In this document: piece by piece, positions 15,859 through 23,419 of the stretch | Position numbering within the stretch: the first letter of the stretch is position 1 | How the letters are laid out: every line of letters begins with the position of its first letter | NCBI GenBank assembly: GCA_964647075.1 | Contig: CAZYGQ010000004.1 | Span: 1-33,586 of the forward strand | DNA length: 33,586 bases | Direction of reading: 5' to 3' | From: an uncultured Candidatus Saccharibacteria bacterium | GTDB taxonomy: Bacteria > Patescibacteriota > Dojkabacteria > SC72 | The notes under the pieces: model-generated | What the model was told of the DNA's origin: nothing | What the model saw: the letters and a program-made list of their open reading frames with translations, nothing else | Databases searched by the model: none | Position numbers and translations under genes: made by a program

Positions 15859-17232
15859 ATGAAAAAAACAAAAACTGCCCTATTAACACTTTTACTATTA
15901 AGCCTTATTTATTCTACAGTATTCGCAATTGGACAGGATGGTATAGGCATATTACCTGCATATCCAAGGGAAGATAACGAGAGAACCCAATCCATATTTA
16001 TTTTCGAAAGTGCACCAGGAACTACTATTAATGATGGTGTTGTAGTTATGAACAACACTACAGATACTAAAACAATCTTAGTTTACGCTACCGATACAAC
16101 ACCTTCTTCGGACGGAGCTTTTGCTTGTAAACAGCTTTCGGAGGACATAGTTAACGAAGGAACTTGGTATAAATTAGAAGAAAGCGAAGTTACTCTCGAA
16201 CCAAATACAAATATAATTGTGCCTTTTACAGTTACAATCCCTGAAGATGTCTCAGTTGGTGAGCATAACGCTTGTATTGTAGTCCAAGAGAAAAAAGAAG
16301 CAGAAAACAATGCAGGAGTTAATTTAAGTTTCAGAGCAGCAATTAGATCTGTAGTAACAATACCTGGAGATATGCTTAAAAAGTTGGAAATAGAGGATTT
16401 CTTCTATACTAAAAACGAAGGTGGAAAAAATCAACTTACTGTTACATTGGCAAATAGTGGGAATGTGTCTTTGGATACCTCAATAAAAATTGATGTTAAT
16501 AATTTGATTTCCTCTAAGCTCTTTTATTCAAACACCTCTGAATTTACAATATTAAACAGTAACCAACAGACCTTTAATTTCGATATAGAAAATAACCCTT
16601 GGGGAGGTATATATAAGGCAGTTGTAACAATTACATTTGATGGTCAAAACGGGCCTGAAACATTAACAAAAGAATTAACCTTTGTAATTGTTCCATCAGT
16701 CTATGCTATGGCACTGTATGCTTCTGTATTAATAATATTGATTACTGCAATATTACTTTTATCTGGATCTAAAAGAAAGTATAAGATGGCTGTAAGAGAC
16801 TCTGAAGAATATATAGTTAAAGAGGGTGACACTTTAAACTCAATAGCAAAAGATCATAACGTTAAATGGAAATTACTTGCAAAAATAAATGGTAAAAAGG
16901 CTCCCTTTGAGGTTAAAGTTGATGAAAGGCTTAAAATACCTATGGTTAAAGGTAAAGAAAAAACCCAGGAAACTCCATTAATGGCCGAAAACAATCTCCC
17001 TAATGAGAGACCTGTAATACCTACTACATCCATTCCTACATTTAATAACCAACAAACAGAAGTAGGAGTTGAACCTGTACAAACTCCTCCAGCAGCTCAA
17101 CCAGCACCTTTTGTAGTAAGTGAGCCTATCTCAAATCCACAGCCAATTCCTACTCCAACTAATACACCACAGGAAAGTACATCAGAAGATATTATCAAAG
17201 ATATTCAAGGAGATATTACTAAAGCTCAGTAA
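15859..17232 (+). CDS. DUF916/DUF3324-like cell-surface protein with TM anchor and C-terminal LysM + Pro-rich tail
   Basis: The track draws a TTG start at 15844, but ATG at 15859 (MKKTKTALLTLLLLSLIYSTVFA signal peptide) is more plausible. ILPAYPREDNERTQSIFIFESAPGTTINDGVVVMNNTTDTKTILV and VTLEPNTNIIVPFTVTIPEDVSVGEHNACIVV resemble the DUF916 partner protein of WxL loci. TM helix VYAMALYASVLIILITAILLLSG. LysM YIVKEGDTLNSIAKDHNVKWKLLAKINGK...VDERLKIP. Confidence 0.6.
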   Translation: MKKTKTALLTLLLLSLIYSTVFAIGQDGIGILPAYPREDNERTQSIFIFESAPGTTINDGVVVMNNTTDTKTILVYATDTTPSSDGAFACKQLSEDIVNEGTWYKLEESEVTLEPNTNIIVPFTVTIPEDVSVGEHNACIVVQEKKEAENNAGVNLSFRAAIRSVVTIPGDMLKKLEIEDFFYTKNEGGKNQLTVTLANSGNVSLDTSIKIDVNNLISSKLFYSNTSEFTILNSNQQTFNFDIENNPWGGIYKAVVTITFDGQNGPETLTKELTFVIVPSVYAMALYASVLIILITAILLLSGSKRKYKMAVRDSEEYIVKEGDTLNSIAKDHNVKWKLLAKINGKKAPFEVKVDERLKIPMVKGKEKTQETPLMAENNLPNERPVIPTTSIPTFNNQQTEVGVEPVQTPPAAQPAPFVVSEPISNPQPIPTPTNTPQESTSEDIIKDIQGDITKAQ

Positions 17233-17346
17233 GGATTTAATTAGGATATATATCCAAAGTTAAAAATGGACAACATATCATCTATCAATTAGATAGGTCA
17301 AAAAGAAATACCCTTAAAAATATATTTAAATTAATATCCGAGTAAT

Positions 17347-18576
17347 ATGAAAAAAAATCTGCTCATAATATTTTCTATCATATTAACAATAGCTATTCTT
17401 TTAGTAGGAGAATACTTTCTCTTAATGTCATATAGAAAAAATAGAATAGAAACTACAACAGAAACAAATACACCAAATGCAATGATGTTGTTAATAGAAT
17501 TTGTAGATACAAAAGGATTAGCAAATATGGTTAATGATATGAAAGAGAGAAATATAAAAGGACTTCTAATGATTAATGGAGAATTCATAGAAGAGAATGC
17601 ACAAGATCTTAAAGAGATTTTAAAAACAGGAGTAGTTGAATTAGCACCATCATATGATCCAGAACCATTCTGGGATATGCCATATGAGAAACAGTACGAG
17701 ATAATATCAAAGATGATAGAAAATTCTAAAACATATCTAGGAGTAACACCACGAGTCATTAGTTCAAGATATATGGCCTCAGATGAAAATACCATTAAAG
17801 TAGCACAAGAATTAGGAATAGAATATATAACAGCAAGAGGAACAACAGAACTAGCAACAACAATATATAAACCAGAAGAGTACGATGTGAAGATAATCTC
17901 TGTCTCTAATATAGATATACCTGAATTTAAATATGGTAGCTTCTGTGACTATAGCTTCTATGAAAGAAATGGCTCTCCCGAAGACATGGAGAGACAATTT
18001 AAAAGAGCAATACAAAATAATAAATTCATGGCAGTATCACACACATACATAGGAGGAAAGAAAGAAAGATGGAATGATATGTGGCATAGGTTCTGGGAGA
18101 ACTACGAGGTTGATTGGGTAGATTTAGATACATTGGGGAGTGTAGATAGGGAGATGCCTATGTGGCAGATACCTGTAAACAAGAATGCTCCATATACTCC
18201 GGAGAAGATAAGACCTGCGATACCGTATGAGGAGGAAGAGAATGTAACTAATCCTTGTAAGGTAGAAGATCTTAACGAAGGGGAGTCTGGGATTTTAGAG
18301 AGTAAGAGCAATGAGGTTGTGGTTTTCCATAATGGTACTGGTCCTATGTGCATTGAGATGGAAGAATTCTTTCAAGAGAATAATATTGAATATGAAGAAC
18401 ATTTAACTACAGATACTGATTTTGGTACGCAATTAAATGCTTACAAGGGGAATATTTCAAAGAGTGAGGGTATTTCAGATAGTTATGGTTACTACCCTAT
18501 TATCTTTGTAGAAGGGAAAGCATATTCCGGGTTTAGCGAAGAGATTGGAGATGAGATATTAGGGACGTTGGAATAA
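17347..18576 (+). CDS. membrane-anchored protein, weakly polysaccharide-deacetylase-like, with a thioredoxin-fold-like C-terminus
   Basis: 409 aa. N-terminal TM helix LLIIFSIILTIAILLVGEYFLL. The middle region loosely resembles a NodB fold (PRVISSRYMASDENTIKVAQELGIEYI), but the TFDDG and HxxxH motifs were not seen. The C-terminal VVFHNGTGPMCIEMEEFFQENNIEYEE...IIFVEGKAYSGF is glutaredoxin-like without a CxxC. Confidence 0.45.
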   Translation: MKKNLLIIFSIILTIAILLVGEYFLLMSYRKNRIETTTETNTPNAMMLLIEFVDTKGLANMVNDMKERNIKGLLMINGEFIEENAQDLKEILKTGVVELAPSYDPEPFWDMPYEKQYEIISKMIENSKTYLGVTPRVISSRYMASDENTIKVAQELGIEYITARGTTELATTIYKPEEYDVKIISVSNIDIPEFKYGSFCDYSFYERNGSPEDMERQFKRAIQNNKFMAVSHTYIGGKKERWNDMWHRFWENYEVDWVDLDTLGSVDREMPMWQIPVNKNAPYTPEKIRPAIPYEEEENVTNPCKVEDLNEGESGILESKSNEVVVFHNGTGPMCIEMEEFFQENNIEYEEHLTTDTDFGTQLNAYKGNISKSEGISDSYGYYPIIFVEGKAYSGFSEEIGDEILGTLE

Positions 18577-18610
18577 CTGTAGAGGATATACAGTATTTTC
18601 GGAAGTCATT

Positions 18611-18700
18611 CCATATCCTCCGCCAATTTCAACATGTTCCAACAAGACCCGTTCGCTGATATGGTAACTCCTTAAACCTCATCTTAAAGTCCTAAAGATT
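18611..18700 (+). repeat. dispersed repeat copy F (degenerate core + M + start of the following spacer)
   Basis: CCATATCCTCCGCCAATTTCAACATGTTCCAACAAGACCCGTTCGCTGAT aligns with H GTGTATGTCCCGCCATTTCCAACATGTTCCAACAAGACCCGTCCACTAT. CAACATGTTCCAACAAGACCCGT is identical in both. Confidence 0.75.
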
Positions 18701-18768
18701 AATAAACTGTTGAGATATGATTAAATAGGATGTATAAATTAATATATATTAATTTATAATATTAAAAT

Positions 18769-19263
18769 ATGGCAAAACCTACAAAAAATGCAGCAATTAT
18801 ATGTACTATTGTATCTATTATTGCATTGATAGGAATCATTATTGGATTATCAAAAGGTATTCCCCTACTAATTATATCTCTTTTACTTCCAGCGGTAGTA
18901 TATGAAGTGTATAGAACTGAAGGAGAGTCAACAAGATCTTCATCCATTATTCTTTTAGTTGTGTTAATAGTTGAAATAATACTTGTACTATTTAATATTA
19001 ATTTTAATCTTGCTGAATTCCTAGGTACCACTGAAGAATACATCGGGGGATATCTAGTACCTCTTGGAGAAATTAAAGTGGTCGGCCCAACTCTCATGTC
19101 CATACTTTCAGTTATCCTTTTTGTGAGAACTCGAGGAATATATACTAGATGGTTAGCAGTAACAATCTTTATTACCTCTTTAGTAATAATATACTCAGTT
19201 AACCCTAAAATATTCAGCGATTTGATTAAGATGGCATTACAAGAAGGACTAAGACAGCTATGA
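18769..19263 (+). CDS. small integral membrane protein (about 5 TM helices), hypothetical
   Basis: 164 aa, dominated by hydrophobic stretches (AAIICTIVSIIALIGIIIGL, LLIISLLLPAVVY, IILLVVLIVEIILVLF, LMSILSVILFV, LAVTIFITSLVIIY). Confidence 0.55.
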   Translation: MAKPTKNAAIICTIVSIIALIGIIIGLSKGIPLLIISLLLPAVVYEVYRTEGESTRSSSIILLVVLIVEIILVLFNINFNLAEFLGTTEEYIGGYLVPLGEIKVVGPTLMSILSVILFVRTRGIYTRWLAVTIFITSLVIIYSVNPKIFSDLIKMALQEGLRQL

Positions 19264-19265
19264 AA

Positions 19266-20366
19266 TTAGAGTAAAGAACTAATCTTGTTTATCATATCTT
19301 TTACTTCCTCTCTACTTAGATACCCCTCTTCCAAAAGAGTACTATTTACAGGATAAACGACATGTTCTAAAAAGGTTATACCTTCGGAGTGAGTAGTGTG
19401 TGTTTCAGTTCTAAATTTTGTTAATGAGTGACAAAATTGTTTCCCACTGGGCAAATAACAAAGAGTTGACACAAGACTACCCGAAATAATATGTTTTCCA
19501 ATCTGTATGGCTTGAAGAATTTTTCCCTCAAGTGGTAATTCTTCTTTTTCAAATGCGTTTGGTGGATATTTTATCCTTGTATCAGTACCTCCTGATGCTT
19601 GAATTTTTGTTACAGTACCATCAAAATTCTTTATCTCAATAACTCCATCCCGCTTCTTCCCTTTCTTAACTAATCTCGGTGTTGGAGAAATAATAAAATA
19701 TACAGCTGAATACTTATTATATTTTCCTATCTCATATTTAAAATTTGATTCTTTTACTCCTTTTACAATCTGCTCTGATGCTTTGTTAAATTCTTTTAAC
19801 ATTTTATCCAATTCCTTTTCACTTCCAAAATGTTTCTTTATTTCTTCTCTTACTAAAGGATTTTGTAAAGTTTCTCCAAAGGTCATATTGTTTGTCATAC
19901 CTGGCATTTGAGCATTCATTAATCCCTTTGTCGTTTGAGTGACCATATTCTCCAAAGTCTGAGATGCTATTTTTTCATTTTCATAGTCTGCAATAGAAAC
20001 ATCGATATGGAAATCACATTCCTCAGGATTAATGTTGTTTGTTTTTTCTCTCATATTTTGAACATCTTTTACAGTTATACCGGTGATAAAGCCGGCTTGT
20101 ATTGCTTTAATCATAGCTTCATAGTAATCTGTCATAGATCCTCTTAACGTTTGAACCCCCACTACTATTGTAGTCTCTACAACTTTTCTTTTTTTATCTT
20201 CCTTGTTAACTTGAGATGCTATACCCTTTTCTTTATTCATAAATACCTCGGGATTAATATGCCCTATTCTTAAAACAAACTGATTACTGGATGAAGCAGA
20301 ATAGTCCAAGAGTTTCCACCTCTTTGGATCTGCAAAGTCTTCGAGTTTTAATTTTTCATCTCTCAT
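19266..20366 (-). CDS. hypothetical protein (366 aa, cytoplasmic)
   Basis: Long ORF 11 nt downstream of the 382-aa gene on the same strand. No recognised motifs. Confidence 0.55.
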   Translation of the reverse strand: MRDEKLKLEDFADPKRWKLLDYSASSSNQFVLRIGHINPEVFMNKEKGIASQVNKEDKKRKVVETTIVVGVQTLRGSMTDYYEAMIKAIQAGFITGITVKDVQNMREKTNNINPEECDFHIDVSIADYENEKIASQTLENMVTQTTKGLMNAQMPGMTNNMTFGETLQNPLVREEIKKHFGSEKELDKMLKEFNKASEQIVKGVKESNFKYEIGKYNKYSAVYFIISPTPRLVKKGKKRDGVIEIKNFDGTVTKIQASGGTDTRIKYPPNAFEKEELPLEGKILQAIQIGKHIISGSLVSTLCYLPSGKQFCHSLTKFRTETHTTHSEGITFLEHVVYPVNSTLLEEGYLSREEVKDMINKISSLL

Positions 20367-20377
20367 TAAAATATACC

Positions 20378-21526
20378 CTAGGTAACAGATTTGTCTTTTT
20401 CTTCCTTCTTAGTTTCAACAGTATTAATTTCAACATCAGTACCCTCTTCTACCGTTACCTTTACTTTGTTTTGACTCTTATCTTCTGTTTCAATTTTTTT
20501 ACTTTCAGATATTGACTTCTCATTAGATTGTTTTTTGTTCTTCTTACCCATTCGGATAACAAGCAAGACAATGAAAACTACTACTAGAATAGCTAATGCT
20601 AAAATCGCCAATTTAATAATAATGCCTTTAGTATTATCAGTAACAATCGTACTCTCTTCCTCGTTGTTTTCAGTTTCCTGGTCTATTGCAATCTCTCCTC
20701 CCACTTTCTCTATGCTCTGATTTGTAATCAATAGTGTATATTGATCAATGCTATCCCACTTCTCTCCATATGAGGATTGTTTTACTACAACATATATGTA
20801 TCCATCGGATTGGATTTCAAATGTTTTTTGAATAATTTGACCTACTTCAAGATTTAATCCATCCTCGTTAAAAAGCTCTGACCTATTACTGTCATAAACT
20901 GCGCAACCCACTTCAAAATCTCCTGTAGGTTCTACTTTTATCTCAATATTGTCACCCTTTTTTACCGCTAACCTGTAATAGTCTGAATTATCATTTCCCC
21001 CTATGCTCCCAGATACAAAACTAGATAAAGAACCCGTATATTCACCATATTTAATACCTAGTGCACTATTAAAATCCCCCCCAGCATCAGTTTTGCTCAT
21101 AGCATCCGTTCTATCTACTAGTGTAACATCATACAACTGAGAATTAGTTCTGTAAGAATTCTTTACAACTAAATAGTATTTTGTTGGTGTCAAATCAGCT
21201 CCGAGCCACTTTAATGTATCTTCTACATCTATACTTGTCACTATTTCGGTCTTTTCACTGTTATATAGAGATACGAATCCGAAGAATCCTTCTCCTGTAA
21301 TTTTATATCTTACATCTAATTCATATCCTGATTTAGAGTTAAAAAAGTAATAACAGGTACTATTTTCATTAATTACTCCTCCAGTATTTTCTCCTTCTTG
21401 AAGTTCTACGGCATTGGAAAAATCATTCCCACAAGTGGTAACTTCATTTGCATACACCGCATTTAAAGGGGAAAACAGTAGGGAAAGAAACAATAATGTG
21501 ATAAATAAATATAGTTTAGTGTTCAT
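20378..21526 (-). CDS. secreted, membrane-anchored protein with two PPC-like (pre-peptidase C-terminal type) beta-domains
   Basis: 382 aa. Signal peptide LYLFITLLFLSLLFSPLNAVYA. Two repeats of the pattern CGNDFSNAVELQEGE...YYFF and DAGGDFNSALGIKYGEYTG...NDNSDYYRLAVKKGDNIEIKV...AVYDSN. TM helix IIIKLAILALAILVVVFIVLLVI, then a Lys/Glu-rich tail. Confidence 0.55.
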   Translation of the reverse strand: MNTKLYLFITLLFLSLLFSPLNAVYANEVTTCGNDFSNAVELQEGENTGGVINENSTCYYFFNSKSGYELDVRYKITGEGFFGFVSLYNSEKTEIVTSIDVEDTLKWLGADLTPTKYYLVVKNSYRTNSQLYDVTLVDRTDAMSKTDAGGDFNSALGIKYGEYTGSLSSFVSGSIGGNDNSDYYRLAVKKGDNIEIKVEPTGDFEVGCAVYDSNRSELFNEDGLNLEVGQIIQKTFEIQSDGYIYVVVKQSSYGEKWDSIDQYTLLITNQSIEKVGGEIAIDQETENNEEESTIVTDNTKGIIIKLAILALAILVVVFIVLLVIRMGKKNKKQSNEKSISESKKIETEDKSQNKVKVTVEEGTDVEINTVETKKEEKDKSVT

Positions 21527-21603
21527 TATAATTTGAATTAAATTAACTATACACTTAAAAGTTTAGCAAATATTCTCTGAATTGCAAATCAAAGAGTACT
21601 CTT

Positions 21604-21815
21604 TTTACTTTGTCTCATTGTCATCTCTCATAGGGTCCAGACGTGTATGTCCCGCCATATTTGAGCTGTTCCAACAAGACCTGTGTACTATGTTTAAAGA
21701 GCCTTTTAAGACTTGTTTTGTTTATCCTTAAAAACAGGAGTGTTCAAAAGTAAGGCCTGGTGGATGAAAAAGTGAGAAAAAGAGATGTTTTTTAAGCTCC
21801 TCGGTTCGAAGGAGA
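21604..21815 (+). repeat. dispersed repeat copy G (full length: L-like + core + M + R)
   Basis: Core CCAGACGTGTATGTCCCGCCAT at 21637-21658. M is GTTCCAACAAGACCTGTGTACTATG. R is TTCAAAAGTAAGGCCTGGTGGATGAAAAAG...CTCGGTTCGAAGGAG. Confidence 0.9.
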
Positions 21816-21836
21816 AAGGCCTATTTAGCACAATAA

Positions 21837-22727
21837 TTACTTACTCAACTTAATATGATCCACTACCTTCCCCCCTACCAATTCCAATTCATATTTTTCT
21901 ATCAATTCCAAAACAACCTCATTTAACCTATTCTTGTAATCATTACTCTGAGAATCAACAAAAAGTCTGTGCTCTTCCTTACTCAACTTATCTCCAACCA
22001 GTTTCATCAATCTCTTCATCTTCTTACCTTTCAAATTAATATGCTCTACCCATACTACGTTAGTACCCGCCTCCTTTATCCTTCTAAACAGTTTTTCCAA
22101 ACCCTTCTCATTAGCAACAAAATGAGGAAGAAGAGGACCTACAAAAGCATATGTATTTATACCCTCTTTATTTAATTCACTTAATGCTTTTATTCTCAAA
22201 GAACTAGGAGGAGCATAACTCTCAAACATCTTACTAACTACGTCATCTGTAGATGTAATTGTCATACCTATTTCCAAATTGGGGATTTGTTTAAATATAT
22301 CTATATCTCTAGTTACTAATGGGGATTTAGTAAGTAAGGAAATTTTAATATCCTTTTTAATTTCACTCTCTGCTATTATTTCTAAACATTTTTTTGTTAA
22401 CTGGTACTTAGCTTCTACACCCTGGTATGGGTCTGTAACAGAACCAAAGAATATTGCTGGCTTATCTCCTTTTTTAAACTCATTCTTTTTAACTATCTTC
22501 TTAGAAAGATTACTTAATTCTTTTTCAAATATTTGTGGGGTATTAGTCTTAATATCTACATACTCACCCCATTTATCATTAGTATGTCCTGTAAATCTTC
22601 TAGTAAAGTCTGCGTAGCAGTATACACAACCGAAAGCACATCCTGAGTATGGATTAACTACATAGTCTGCACCTGGTAGTTTACTTGGTGTTAGTACAGA
22701 CTTAGCTTCTTTCTGAGTAATTTTCAT
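21837..22727 (-). CDS. radical SAM protein, SplB-like (COG1533 DNA-repair-photolyase family)
   Basis: 296 aa. VVNPYSGCAFGCVYCYADF carries the CxxxCxxC cluster in the family-typical NPYxGCxxxCxYCYA context. Confidence 0.85.
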   Translation of the reverse strand: MKITQKEAKSVLTPSKLPGADYVVNPYSGCAFGCVYCYADFTRRFTGHTNDKWGEYVDIKTNTPQIFEKELSNLSKKIVKKNEFKKGDKPAIFFGSVTDPYQGVEAKYQLTKKCLEIIAESEIKKDIKISLLTKSPLVTRDIDIFKQIPNLEIGMTITSTDDVVSKMFESYAPPSSLRIKALSELNKEGINTYAFVGPLLPHFVANEKGLEKLFRRIKEAGTNVVWVEHINLKGKKMKRLMKLVGDKLSKEEHRLFVDSQSNDYKNRLNEVVLELIEKYELELVGGKVVDHIKLSK

Positions 22728-22746
22728 TCTTAGCCATTATAACAAG

Positions 22747-22985
22747 AATAAGACATTTTCTCCCCCTTTTTATACTGTCTTATTTGTCTCATTTTAGGTT
22801 CCAGACGTGTATGTCCCGCCATTTCCAACATGTTCCAACAAGACCCGTCCACTATCTCTAGGAATCCCTTGGTTGCTTCATAAAATCGTCCCTAAATTTA
22901 AGTATTTCGATTTCACATCCTGGTGGATGAAAATACCCATTTTAAGACCAGTTTTTACTACCCCACGGTTCGAAGGTAAAAGCTT
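22747..22985 (+). repeat. dispersed repeat copy H (full length: hairpin + L + core + M + R)
   Basis: AATAAGACA (22747-22755) pairs with TGTCTTATT (22776-22784). Core CCAGACGTGTATGTCCCGCCAT at 22801-22822 is identical to G and E. M is TTCCAACAAGACCCGTCCACTAT. R is CCTGGTGGATGAAAATACCC...CACGGTTCGAAGGT. Confidence 0.9.
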
Positions 22986-23065
22986 GATACGATACAGCTT
23001 AGATGCATCCTTGCATGGTATAATATACTAGAGGACAAGATATCTAAATTAAGTCTTTACTAAAT

Positions 23066-23359
23066 ATGAGCGAATTACGATCTCACAAAACAACGGCTAA
23101 CAGAATAGCGAAGAAATACAACACCTCATACATTTCAGACGAGGGAGTTGATATAGTAACAAAAAAAGTAAAAGTTGAAGTTGAAACTGAAGGGAATGTA
23201 AGTTCAGGTATTAAACAACTATGTGGTTCTAAAGGAAAAGTCTACATTGCAGGAGTAAACAAGAATACTGTGAAGGAAGCCTTAGAGAAAACAAAGGATA
23301 CAACAATAGGCGTAATGGACAACCAAGGAAAGATTATCAAAAAATCCACTAGAAAATAA
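23066..23359 (+). CDS. small basic hypothetical protein (97 aa)
   Basis: ORF from the track. The GVDIVTKKVKVEVET pattern is faintly reminiscent of a PD-(D/E)xK core, but that is not enough for a call. Confidence 0.4.
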   Translation: MSELRSHKTTANRIAKKYNTSYISDEGVDIVTKKVKVEVETEGNVSSGIKQLCGSKGKVYIAGVNKNTVKEALEKTKDTTIGVMDNQGKIIKKSTRK

Positions 23360-23419
23360 CAAAGAGGATGTAACTCAATACACTTGGAAAGAATTATGAA
23401 AAACGAATAAGGAAAACCT

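Noticed and set aside
22790-22825. Reading L+core (AGGTTCCAGACGTGTATGTCCCGCCA) or the R end (GGTTCGAAGG) as a tRNA 3' half or pseudo-tRNA
   Set aside because: GGTTCGAA matches the T-arm consensus and the core ends in CGCCA like tRNA-Asp. But I could not fold a T stem or acceptor strand from either segment. I treat this as possible att-site ancestry, not as an RNA gene.
5713-22985. Possibility that the dispersed repeats are a CRISPR array or a classical integron (attC sites)
   Set aside because: The repeats are 60-240 nt, degenerate and kilobases apart with genes between them, so this is not a CRISPR array. I saw no IntI-type tyrosine integrase and no attC-style R''-L''/L'-R' inverted-repeat architecture (GTTRRRY ends). 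Cassette genes are in mixed orientation. 'Integron-like' is only an analogy here.
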